A DNA stretch of 63,294 nucleotides, filler included, from Sphacelaria rigidula (lineage: Eukaryota), in assembly GCA_964200075.2 (NCBI GenBank). It is 7 parts of 7 records of this genome, joined end to end, with 100 filler letters (N's around TTAATTAATTAA, not from the genome) between each part and the next. Parts side by side here need not be neighbours in the genome. Positions count along the whole stretch, not along the records: positions 36,227 to 45,182 come from CAXNAA020009661.1; positions 45,283 to 54,238 come from CAXNAA020009662.1; 5 more parts are not named here. The stretch is one strand, 5' to 3'. Under the pieces are notes generated by a model that did not search any database, was not told the DNA's origin, and saw nothing but the letters and a program-made list of their open reading frames with translations. Below, piece after piece: positions 36,688 through 48,902 of this stretch. Numbering within the stretch: position 1 is the stretch's first letter; each line of letters opens with the position of its first letter. The position numbers were made by a program, and so were the translations under genes.

Positions 36688-38690
36688 ATGAGGCGTCCAT
36701 CTGCGAGCGCTCAAACCGGCATAACACCCGAGTTTAGTGGTGGCATTGAACTTGTCGAATTCGTCCAAGGCTCTCCACGGACTTTTACCCTTTACGCTGA
36801 TAGAGAATGCCGCAGGGTTCTGGGGCCAGACATTTATGTACGTGGGCAATATGATGCTATTTTCGTTCCAGCGATGGAAGCGCAGACGTTCCCACCAAGT
36901 TCTCCTGTAGGGCCCTTCAAAGTAAGATATTCGTCCACGTGTGATGCAGTTTTTTGCCGTCCATTTATTAGACGCTGAGACAAGCTATCTGAAAAAACCC
37001 AGAAAAACACAGGGATTTATAAGTTGTCAGCAACAGGGTAGAGGGAAACGTGTAGACTCCATGTTTAGCGCGTTTCGTGCGTAGACGTCAATGCGGGGTC
37101 AACGCGGCCGCTACGAGCTCCTCGACCTCTGTCAGAGGCCCTGTCCTATCGCGGAACCTTTGCTGTCCTCCTGGAATTTGTCGGAACAGGGTATCCGGTA
37201 CACCTAGGTTTGTCTTGACCCTCCTGTACGTCGTAGCGGAAGAGCAAGCAGGTAGGGGTATGTTACGCCGGAAAGAGCAGTGGTGTGGGCGATGCAAGCC
37301 GGCTACAACAGCTGCTGGTCACGTGAATCAAGTGCGAATGAAACGTTCGACCAAGTGTGGTAAAGCTATCTGTAGCGACAATGTTTGAAATAAAAGCTGA
37401 GAGAGGTGCTTCAGCGGTGGCTCCACCAAATGCTGTTGTATCTGCCTACTGTACACTTGTGCTACATGCACGCCAATGTGAGCAGAAAACCCGAGCTTCA
37501 TCACGCATGAACATTTTTGACATGAAGAAACAACATTGCGACAGCCGGTAGATCGCAATAGTACAGGACAATAAGGGGAAAACACCTTCGAACTAAGAGC
37601 GATGACACCAGCCACGCATTCCATTCGCAGGATCGTACTAACTCACAAAGCTTCGTCTTCGGATACCATCGGGTCATCTGCACCATGCGCTATGGCTAGC
37701 CGCGAGCATCCTCGCTGCACTCGCGACCACACGTACGGTCGACCGTGTCTTTCTCCCGCGTGATACAGCTCTCCCCCTGGGCAAACGAGAACTGCCCCCC
37801 AGACCTAGGTCAGTGGACGTGCGAGATGAGGGCACGAGGATAAAAAATAGCACCATCAGCCTGACTCGTTATATTCAACAATGAAATCATGAACACACGG
37901 CTTGATTCGAGGCCAGCCACGTAATTTCCGCCAATCGATGTATCGGTCAATCAACTCAGTGCTGTCATTTCGTCTCGCGGTAGTGTTGCGAACACGTGGC
38001 GCGTGACGCGGGAGAAGGAGAGCGGGATCGGCCAACAGACGATTCATTGTGGATGAAAAAATATTAATATTTTTCGTTCGCAGTTGCTGTAAAAAGGGCC
38101 GTGCACATTTTCGCTTGCTTGTGTTCCACAAAATGCGTGGAAGCCAGCTGATCAGCAAAAAAAACACTCATTTGAGGCTTGAGAGAACGCTGTGCTTATT
38201 CAGTACAGAGGGGATACGGCCGTCGCTTTCAGAAGAAGATACACCTCGCGATTTTCTGCAAAGCGCAGGAGAGCGTCCGCTGCCGTTCCGTGGGCCACTA
38301 CGAGCGTCTCTGGAGAGAGGGCAAGCTCTTCCGCCATGAAGGCAAGCCAGAGTACCTCGTAACTTTTCCCACGATACAGTATCGGACGGCATCGGGGCAA
38401 CGTGGGGGGACGGGCGCGCGTGAACGACGGCAACAATGGATGGGGAAGGGGGGTGTACTCATGATCATGCATGCATGATGGGGGGGGAGGGGCAAGTTGC
38501 GTTGGGGAGTCGTCCCAAGGGCTGGGTACATGGATCACCGTGCAAAGCCACGCCAAGAGCGTAGTTGGAGCGTGATCACACTTGATGGGATGAGTGATGC
38601 GGTGTGCATTCCGCTGGAGTGCCCCGACATTACGGTGAATATCAGCCAGGGCCTCGGCGCTGACAGTGTGGGGGAATTCCGACGATGAAT
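36688..38690 (+). CDS. Possible multi-exon gene of unknown function
   Basis: Several short GC-rich segments bounded by AG/GT (e.g. 36871-36921, about 37255-37359); no recognisable domain and no unique frame chain. Confidence 0.25.
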
Positions 38691-40959
38691 GTCGTGAGCT
38701 ACTATGAAAATTCATCATGACATCAACGTGGCGCCTGCGGCTCAACCGTGAGAGTAAATTCTACAAGTGACTGCTTAGGGTGAAGGAGAAAATGATGTGC
38801 GACTTTACGAATTACATGCATATCAATAGCCGTAATCTCCGCAATGTATTCCCTCCTTCGCGAGCGGGGTGTGCACGACGACGAACATTCTGAGGCTATG
38901 TCAATACGTAGACAGAGGACAACGGTGCGACGCACGCGTACCGAAAAGGAACATTCGTCAACCACCAAAACCGAGCTGTGGGTACGTATACCTTGTCACT
39001 ACCCTGAGAGTGCTATACCACTGATACCACGGTTTATAAGGATGGTATCTTTGTTGGAGAGTCTGTTAGCAACGCCTTTACCCGCTCGGGTGATTTACTT
39101 GATCGATTGATCGATCGGTTGGTGTGATTGATTGTCGCACTTTAACTGGTCCCCCAGGAGTCATGATCCACCCGTGGCCATCGTCCACATTATAGGCATA
39201 CCAGAGACGAAAAAAACTGAAACACTCGCTGAAGGAAAGTGAACCAAACAGAAAGGGCACAACAGACAGAGTAGACTGAGATAACGTAAGAATATATATA
39301 TATATATATATATATCGAAATTTGCGTCCCGGGTCTTTTGAAGCCATGGGGTAGGCGAAGCTGTGACCAGACCCGAGTGCATCGAACTGCCCCCCAGCGT
39401 GAATCAGCCGTCAGCCTCACAGCTGCAGCATACGTTGTTCCGTTACAGGGTTGCTGCATCAACGAGTCCGGCCGCTCCAAAGTGTCGTGGGCGTGAATGG
39501 GGGCACGCCTCCGTGCCTGCATCGAAATTGCGCGGGATTAAAGGGCACTGTTCAAAGCATTTCGCTTGGCGGTCAAGGCGGTTCGGACAGTGTACATCAC
39601 CACGTCGCTTTTGTCCCGTGGGATCGATGGCGTGTTGCGTGTATGAAGTAGGTCATACCACCGCTGCCGTGCCGGTTGGTGAGTGAGGTGCGCTGGGACC
39701 CGAGCGCTTAAATGCACGGGTGCTTACATCTTCTACCGTCGTCTCTCAGCTACCATGTCCTACTGAGCCAATACTGTAGTCAGCGCGACCGCCGCGCGGC
39801 CGTGGGCGTGTGATCCAAGTCTTCAAGAGACACAAGACGTTTTTTTCCCCATGCACCCACACTAGAGCATACATCAAACGGGAGGCGAGGCGTGCAGTAC
39901 AGCAGATCGATAGGCAACCCACTCCCTGAAAACGAATACCGGTAGAAAACCCACAAACAGATCAGGATCTTCATATAAAAAAAATTGAACCAACAGCACG
40001 ATATTTTGCTCGGCTGCTCGTGAAACAAAAACATATCGAAGGCGTATTCTGAGTGCGTCTACTTTTTCCCCCCCGAAATCTCCGAATTTTTCTGGGAAGA
40101 AAACTTTTTCTCCGAGAATGTGAGCAGATTTTTGAACCGGGTTAGTCTGTACATCAACTCAACATCGACTACTAATTTCTCCGAAAGTTAGCGTCGGATT
40201 GTTTTCAGCATGAGATTTTCGGAAGAAGCCAGAAAAAATCCAGTTCTTCGGACAAAGTCGAAAGATCTGACCCCCAACATACATCCTCCCTCGTTCCGTT
40301 CAGCACTACCGCAAGAGACTGAGGAGTCGCCAACAATAGTAGTACTTATTCAATCCACACTGGAAGAGAAAACACGGACCCGGCGGAAAATACCCTTTCC
40401 AGTGACGCCAAGCGCTGCAAACACGCCAACGTAGGCAACCGGAATTCCATCCTCAATCGTTCCCTCCCCAAGGCAATTACGACGTATCCTTTTTGCCTAG
40501 GTCAGCGTTTCTGTCACTTGAAGCAACATTTGAAAACAAAAACAAAACATTTATATCAATGATGACTTCATAACCTTCCGAGTCTTCCTACGATAGCCTC
40601 CCCTCAAAACCAACCCAAAACTGTTACGAAGAAAATGGCCATACATCGCCTAATGTTTGATTCGAGGTTGCATGGAGCGCCCCATATGGGCAGTATTGGC
40701 GACGGCGAACCCAAGCGTGGGAATTCCCAGCTACTCGTTGTACTCGGCTTACTTCGTTTCGATGTACGTGTAGATTTTGCCTCCACAAACCAGCCACTTT
40801 TTTTTTCGGAGGGGGGAGGGCTATCGTGGAAAGATCCTTCCCTAGGAACCGACGTTGTTACAGGGCAACCCATGGATGCAACTTTGATTCAGAGCAAAAC
40901 CAGCACTTCCTCGGGTGTCTCGGAGCTGCTACTCGTCTCGTCCGTACGTGTATACCGTT

Positions 40960-43130
40960 GAGAAATGAGGTAAACCAATCAGCAACGTGAACTTCGGGAG
41001 CCTGTCCACAGCTGCTGGATTGCACACACACAAAAACCAAATCCAAAACACAAGAAAATATTATCGTAAACCAACGGCTTGATTGATACGTCATCAGCTC
41101 GTTTCGATGATAGACAAAGCTTGTCGCCGGTAAGGCCTTAGTCACTGCATCAGCGTGCTGGTCAGTCGACTCATCAAACTAAAAGCGAACCTCCCCTCCT
41201 ACTAACTCACGTGGGAAGTGGTAACGCACGTCACTGTTCTTACCGTTGCCACTGCTAAGCATCCTCCATGTCGGGGCGCGTGTTGTTCGCCCGCCACATC
41301 AGTGATCCGACTGTCCGGCGGCAGGGACTGGCCGCTGTGTTGTGCCCAATTACCCCCCTTTCCCTTAGTGCAACATTATGCGGGGGTCGGAGCAGTGTGT
41401 GCTACGTCAAATCTCTCCACGATGTGATCGACATATGCGGTTTGTAAGATTGACAGTGTACACTTCTCCCAGTCGCGCGAAAGTGCGCAACCTGCATACC
41501 AAGTCACTTCCTAAAGATTCTTGATGAGAAACCTCAGGGTCAAGGCCTCCTTGAGCTTCACGCTGTCCTTCTTACCTCGAACAATGCGCGGGGGATCTTC
41601 GGTGTATACGGCGAGCGTGACCACTATTTTGCCGTCCCTCAGCAGTAGCCCAAACAGACAAGATTTCGTCAAACATTGCTCGAAACCGCTTTCCTTCTGG
41701 TCGTTCACAAGCTTTGCGTTCAACACCCTCCCTGCTTGTTTTAAACCAAAGAATGACTTGATCACTCCCATGCCTCGATCTGACAGCTCACCAGATGCAT
41801 CAGCGACTACCCTAAGGTAAACTATCTTGTCTAATTCCGACTGAACGGAGGCCTGCTTTACGCCAAATTGGTACGTTTCCTTGCTTTTTAGCAAAGCTTG
41901 TCCGGCCAAGCGCCTAGACCTTGTAGTTGGGGAAGGAGAGACGGCTGTATCGTCGTACCTGAGTGTCCAATGTGTCGTCGCAGGCAACCCCTGCCACTTG
42001 ACTAAAACCCTTTGCATACTAACCCAGCCTCAGGGGACTACTGGTAGACCCAACGTCATCGGTGTCCCGTCAAACACGCATTCTAGAACCAGTGGCTTTA
42101 CGATCTTCTCGAACCTGGGCATCTACGAGTGTACCTACCTTCAACAGCCCCGTCATCATCTTGTCCATGGCGTTTTGCCACCTATCCTCGTACGGCGACG
42201 CACCAAATCACCATGTGTTCTCGGTGCATCTCGTACATCAATAATGCGTGCTCTACCCAACTCGCACTACTTTGACCGCGCCACGAAGCCCACCGCTGAC
42301 AGTAGCGGATTTGACATCCCCTCCCACCAGGCTCACCAATCTCTCACTCACGTTCCGCTGATTCCAAGTCCATTGTAGCATGCGCCCCAGCGCCCGCGGC
42401 TTCGGGGCAGGGGTGTCATTACCGGTCTCGCAGCTGAGGTTGCGCACTGTGTCCTCATCAGTCCCCTGTACTCCTGGATCCAATGTCTCCTGTGCGGAAG
42501 AGTACGCTTCCGCCTGCGCCCGAACGTGACTCGCTCAGGTGTGTAGCGGCTATCCCTGCCTTGCTGTCGCCGTCGACCTGGCGATCATTGCTGGGCTCTC
42601 CCTCCCGGGTGGGAGGTGCATAAACCGAGGACGAGTCACGTTTGTCCCTGCTGGACGCTCCGGAGCTGTTGGAATCGACTGAGTCGAAGTCGGAATCGAA
42701 GGAGTCGGGGTCGGAGATGACGGTTGCTCCTCCATAGGGTCGTCGGTGTTGTCACTCAAGTCGTTCGTATCTAGCGATCGCAGAGACTGTGCTTTCGTGT
42801 CAGCCTTCGCGTATGCACGAGCTACGGGCAGCGATGCCCGGACCGTTTCTGCTTCTGCATCTCCGTGATTTGAGTTTCCCGTCCCGCCCGAGAATTGCTA
42901 GGAGTCCCTCTCCTCAGGCGAAGAAAACCCCTTGCGCACGTGTTGATGTTTCCTCCGAGATAACCTTTCGGAGCCCCTTGTCCAGCGAACGAACATATGT
43001 TGCAATCCTCAAGTGTTCCCTCAAGGCCAACATCGATGTCTCTTGCCGTCTCTCGCAGTAGCACCTCGTGTCGGTGGCCTTAGGACTGATGTAATTAGTT
43101 AATATCACGGGCCCATTGAGGGGCAAGGAT
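40960..43130 (-). mobile_element. Ty1/Copia pol remnant (RT and RNase H)
   Basis: KSFFGLKQAGR...GFEQC...LAVYTED (degenerate YVDD) and DQHADAVTKAL (RNase H C-terminus, about 41130-41165). Confidence 0.85.
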
Positions 43131-43184
43131 TCGTGTGCAAGAACAGCATTAGAAGACTCGCCATGCGATGTGATATACTAGTCA

Positions 43185-44890
43185 CAGAGAGCTGGGCGGT
43201 AGCGAGAGTGGTGGAGGAAATAGGCAAGTGTCGGCATGGGTTAGAAGGGTAGGATGGAGAGTATGTATAGCCAATGGAATAGAGGACTCAAGACGTAGTT
43301 CTCGGGTCAAACGGAGGTAAGGGGAAGCAGGAATACCTAAACGCTCTGAAGGGAAAGGGGAGGGGGCATAGCGGCCTAAAACAAAGCGACAAGGACCGAA
43401 CCGGGAACTGAAGATAAAAATCAAGCAAGGGAGATGAGAAGTAAAAACGACGGAAATAAAACAGTAGACACAAGAAAGAGCGGATACTGCTTCGAAAATG
43501 AAGCTGAGAATAATGTGGTGGAACGTGTGCGGTTTCGCCACGGAAGAGGACAAACGACTAGAGCTAGTCCAACAAGTGAATAAGCGCCACCTAGATATAG
43601 TGGCAATCCAGAAATCATGGGAGAAAGGTCAGGGGGGGGGGGGGGGGGGGGGACACCATTTTGTTTTTTTTTTTGGTTTTTTTCTCTATCCCCCNNNNNN
43701 NNNNATTCTGAGTTGCGACGTTCTCATTTGTTGCTTGTCTTAGTCATTTGACCATTGACCACGCATCCCTTTCGAGACGGAGCAAGTTCTCACGTGTTAC
43801 TTGCCTTAGTCGTCTGAACATTGTGAGAAAGGTCAGGGTGGGGTAGGATGCCAAGTTAGACATAGCGCATGGATCGGGAAAGAGAAGAAGGTGTAGAAAA
43901 CGCAAGAAAATGGGAACGGGGGAAGTAGGATTTGAAACCAAGGAATAAATGTGTGACATCATACAAGTGATCAAAGACACAAAATTCGACGAGAGCATAT
44001 GGGAAAGGCTACCGGGAGAGCGGGGGACGAAATAGTTCTTCGGAGGAAACGTCTATATGCCCCCAGAGCCGAAGAGTACGGCAATATATATATTCAGAGG
44101 AAGTTCGGGGAGATGGCCGATGCACAGAAGTATAAAAGGCGAAAGGAGTAATATTAGTGGGAGATTTTGATGCAAGGATTGGAAAAAGCAAGCAAACCGG
44201 ATGATAAGATCGAGAAATACGGGGAAACGAAGAAGAATACGAGTGGAATAGAGACGTTGGAGTTCCTTGAGAACAACAAGATGAAGACGTTGAACAATAT
44301 AGTAAAATGTCAGATCCGATGTGCACTAGACAATGCATACACAGAAGCAAAAGCTCCATTCTCGACTACACAGTGGTAGATTTGATTGATTTTGATTGAT
44401 TGTCGCACTTTAACTGACCCCCCAGGGGTCCACCCATGGTCTCATGATGGACGTACTCAAGAAAAACGGAATTCAAACACGCTCTAAGGAAAAAAAGAAA
44501 AAGGAGCAGAAAGCAATAGGAACAGGAAAAAAAAGAAAAAAGAAAGAGGGATCAGGATATGGAAGTAGTAAGGAAATTACGGAGTACACGTACGCGCAGC
44601 GGACAGAAATTACGGATCATTGCCTGATATGGACAACCAACAGACGAGAGTAATGAAAAATAGGCGGAGCAGGAAGTTGTACAAGTGGGGAATAGATAAA
44701 CTTGAATAAAAAACGGCAAGAGTTCCAAGAAGAGATGGCCAAAAAGGCAGTGGCATTTCTCGAGACGTTGGGAAGCGTAGGTGCAGCTATTACCAAAATA
44801 GAAAGGAATCGGGCACGAGCAAATATCATACAAGGAGGGAAACCGGTCAAAACCATAGAAAGCAAAGTCATAGCGACTAGACTAAGATAC
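43185..44890 (+). mobile_element. LINE remnant: 5' region and APE endonuclease, interrupted by insertions
   Basis: LRIMWWNVCG, DIVAIQKSW, VILVGDFDARIG, ILDY; nucleotide similarity to 61730-63112. Confidence 0.85.
44379..44555 (-). mobile_element. Antisense 3' end of a non-LTR element with a (CAAT)n tail (other copies about 39100-39290 and 61480-61545)
   Basis: Shared GATTGATTGTCGCACTTTAACTG..CCCCCAGG motif; interrupts the LINE APE region, which is contiguous in the 62740-62760 copy. Confidence 0.7.
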
Positions 44891-45402
44891 CTTCTACGAT
44901 AGCCCCCCCCCAAAAAGTGCATGGTTTTGGGAGGCAAAATCGTCACGTATATCGAAATGAGGAAAGTCGAACACAACGAGGAGCTGGAAATCCTCACGCT
45001 TGGGTTCGTTTTGGCCAATATCGCCAATAGGAGGCGTTTCATGCAGCCTGAAGCCAGCCAAACATCGGGCGCTGTATGGCCATTTTTTTCGTGACACTTT
45101 TGGGCTGGTTTCGGGGGGGGGGGGTGTACTCATGATCATGCATGCCATAGTCATAAGACCATTGACCTCGCATCCCTACAAANNNNNNNNNNNNNNNNNN
45201 NNNNNNNNNNNNNNNNNNNNNNNNNNTTAATTAATTAANNNNNNNNNNNNNNNNNNNNNNNNNNNNNNNNNNNNNNNNNNNNTGGGGGTCGAAAGGTGGG
45301 TCAAACGTCATGAAAGTGAACAATCCGTGGGCCAAAAATCTGTTTGCCATAACATCCGGCCTAAGAAGCGGAATTCAGGGCACTTTTTATGCGTCAAGAA
45401 AC

Positions 45403-45838
45403 CATCTCGTTGAAAACTGCTTTCTTGGTCCTTCTGCGTCATTTCACGCCCTAAAAGAGGGCAAGGCGGATGTTTCCACCTTCGAATGACTTGCTGTTCT
45501 CCTTGAGATCGTTCCAGGACACCTTTGCGTTTGTTTCCCGGTGGCCGCAGTTTTTTGGATACAAATTGAATTCTTAGTAACAAACGGTCAAGTCATCGAA
45601 AAGCTGGCAGTTTTTTTGTGTTTTTTGGTGTGTTTCGGTGTTTTTTTCATGATGTGATCGTTTGTTACTAAAAACTCAAGTTTGACAAAAAAAAACACTG
45701 CGGCCACCGGAAAACGCAAAGGTGTCCTGGAACGATCTCAACGAGAACGGTAAGTCATTTTAAGGTGTAAACACCCGCCTAACCCTCTTTTAGGGCGTAA
45801 AATGACGAAGAAGCACGAAGTGCAGTTTTCGACGAGAT
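45403..45838. repeat. Long inverted repeat, ~200-bp arms, ~40-bp spacer
   Basis: e.g. TTGAGATCGTTCCAGGACACCTTTGCGTTT vs AAACGCAAAGGTGTCCTGGAACGATCTCAA. Confidence 0.85.
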
Positions 45839-48276
45839 TTTTTTTTTTACATGAGAAGCGGCCATACCCCGAGCGTGTCACTATTGGATGCAAATGATGC
45901 GGCCACAGCGGGGTGCCTGCTGTGTATGCGAATCTCATGTGGTTGACTATGCTTTTTTCGCAACTCTCCCGCAATCACGGGCGTGTGTGAATAATGAGGC
46001 GTGTGACCCGGGGATGGGAGGAGCTGCAATATTTACACACTATTATACTTCAGAGCAACGTGTCGATCGATCTTGATAGCTTTTCTCCTGCTACACGTAC
46101 AATGACCTGGTTTTCTGCACTGGTGCTTTACAATAGAAGCCACTTTTCGTCCAACAGAAAACATTCAATTGGAGATACTTCGATGCAATACTGTACACAC
46201 GCACATGCTAGCTTCTTGCGCAAATGTTGCCATGGCTTCATCAACCTTTGTAAATCTTCATCAACTCCCTCGCCAAGACACCCGGAGTTGAACCCTGCTC
46301 CACCACCCACTTCACCACAGTACTCTCTACTCTCGTATACGTTACCCCTTTCGAGTATCCTAAAATGGTTCACCAATTTCGAACCGATCACTACATGTAA
46401 TGTAGGCTGTAGGCCGCATGAGGGGTAGTCACATTATGAGGGAAGGTAGGTCCCCGGAGTGTCGAAATTCGACTCCGGGGGAGGGTAGGCTTGGCAGGGA
46501 TGTGCTTAGAGTGCAATGCCGGATCCCATGTCCCCTTTCCCCCGCCCCCCCGGGAGGAAATTTTGAAAATTTCATCCTTTGGGCTAGGTTTGGGCATGAA
46601 ATGTTTCTAGAAGGTTCAGCGCATGCGGTGCCCCAGTTGTTCTATTTTTCCTATTTATTGAGTAAGGTGCACCGTCTGCTCCCCTTCTTCAGTTGAATAA
46701 AGCACAGAACTGGTGTCACTGCATAGTTGAGTGGGTAGCACGTATCCAAAGAGACTTGGCGAAGTTGCACCAAAGCACAGCCCCCTGTCCCCGGGAAAGC
46801 CACGGCTTGGCGCATTCCACATTCACTTGGGGGGCGGTCCTGGACGGGCGCGCTCCGTGCTGTTGTGCTGTTCTCGCTTGAAACTTTTAGAGGTCCTACA
46901 ATGATAACTATACGTACGAGTAGTGTAGAATACCACAACGAACACCTGCATGCAGGAGTAATGTACAGTACTCTTCATGCCCCAGACACATTGAAACATT
47001 GTCATCTCGCTGCCCCCGGAGTCAGATCACTACAGGAGGCGCCCGCCATTGTACGAAGAAACGTGAAATTGGGCTGAGGCTCAATATTGTGATATATGTC
47101 CCTCTACCAGATATGTTTTTATGTGCCTACTTCATATGAGTATTTGGCGGAAGTTTCTCACAAGCCGGATTTGTTTCTACTTTTTCCTACTAGCGAACAG
47201 CGCTGACACTGTAGAGTGTGTGTTACACCAGGGTAGCCGGGATCTTCTTGAAGCTGCATGATATATACGGAGCGCCATTACACGACCCCCCCCACGCTGC
47301 CGAGTGGAGTCTACCCCCCAGGTACTGTAGTATGACCTTCAAGGTGCGTGACATGTGGGCGCGCTTCAATATTGTTGCTGTGCATATGCCCAGCAAGCGC
47401 TGCAAAACACGTGGAGAAAAATCGTGTACATGTTTTCATCTCGATTGGTCAAGGATCTGTCTGGTGGAGCAAGGAGTGCCATGTTTCTTATCTGGTCGTG
47501 GCCGGAATAAGCATGCTTCTTGTTTGACTGTTTCTTATCTCGTAACAGATTGTGAGGTCTCTTCCATAGCTCAAACATCTTATTTTCTTGAAGAAATCGA
47601 TGTTTACCGTACTCTTTCAGTAAACTGTTTCTTAGTAGCGGGCGCTTTTGTAGGCGCCGAAACATGACGGTACAGTACAAGGGGTATGACATCCCTGCTA
47701 AAATGTCACACCCTTTGGTACAGTACAGCAGTACAGTTATCCATTACCCCATAAAAAAGTAACTACTTGACTTTAGAATGCAAGGATCCAATCACTTGGA
47801 TCTAGTTTACAGGAACATAAGGTGCTTAAAACGAGTATGTTCAATCGTCATCACTTGGATACACAGTGTATTTGTTCTAGATCCCATGTTTACCTGTTGC
47901 TGGTTGTAGAGTAGCGGCCTAAACGCCCTGGATAACAACTCTAAGCGTAGAGAGCGCACGAAATTCTCTGGATACCACCCTCTCCCGAGCAAAACCACCA
48001 ACTTGCAAATTCAGGGGCACCCTGGACCTACCCTACGGAGATGTGCACACAGATTTGAAGGCAACATCACCTAATCGTTCAAAATTTACAGTACAGTTCA
48101 GTAGTATAGACAGTGGCACAGTGATGTATGGTATGACGTGAACGCTAGCGGAGGTGCTCATGTGAGCTCGGCACATGCCTGAGGCTCACGGACAAACAGG
48201 CGTTTTCGCACTACCTGTTCCGCTTCAGCTGATGCGTACAAGTCACCTCATTGGCTCTGCAACAACATGATCGCAC

Positions 48277-48521
48277 CTAATGATGGGAGTGAAGGACATC
48301 TCCTCTAAAATGGCCTTCCGCGTGAAAGACTTCGAACCGAGGACAATCGGGCCACCGCTGGACATGCTGCAGTAGGGCGATGAACTGTAGTAACGGAGGG
48401 AGCCAACTCCAGTGGCAGGTCTCAGCGGTTGGTGGGAAAACGCGCTTACTCTTTGGAATCTCGGGAAGCTTAGAGCGAGGGCAAGAGTGATTACAACGCC
48501 CCCTCCGTGTCGAATGACCAT
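48277..48521 (-). CDS. Maf/YhdE-like nucleotide pyrophosphatase, first coding exon, with a predicted bipartite (signal peptide + SAF) presequence
   Basis: ATG at 48521; hydrophobic VVITLALALSF, then VSA-F; PIVLGSKSFTRKAILEEMSF matches the Maf N-terminal motif (IiLaS.SprR.elL); GT donor at 48276. Downstream exons not identified. Confidence 0.72.
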
Positions 48522-48902
48522 GGGCACCAGTAGAGTTGAATTGGGAGCCACAGCAATTGTCTGTGTGGTCGGGACTGACTGTTGTACGCACTTGGCTGAA
48601 CTCTCCTGCTGTACTGTAAAATGTGCTACTGACCGTTTGTTGCATACGGTCATACTCCATCGTATTTTGGATATAACAACATTACACACCAGTCACACCA
48701 ATTGGCCACCAACATTGGCAGTTGTCAGGCTACGTAGATCACTTTTTCACCAAATACATGCAGTACTACGCTCCAGTGCTTGGAACTCGTCGCCGAGAAT
48801 ACGGTTTGCGACTTGACGTGAACACCTTCCTACACCTCAGTTTTCAGAGTGACTCGTAAAGTATCGAAATAGAAGACGAACGAGAGCGTGTTCCACGGGG
48901 CG
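48522..48902. promoter_or_regulatory. Probable bidirectional promoter/5' UTR region between the Maf-like and thioesterase-like genes
   Basis: Two divergent predicted start codons about 380 bp apart; no specific motif identified. Confidence 0.4.

Noticed and set aside
41085-41112. Hammerhead ribozyme (CTGATGA and GAAA on the minus strand); also CTGATGA near 7818 and 20028
   Set aside because: The required three-stem geometry could not be formed; the 41085 site is the end of the Copia RNase H coding sequence
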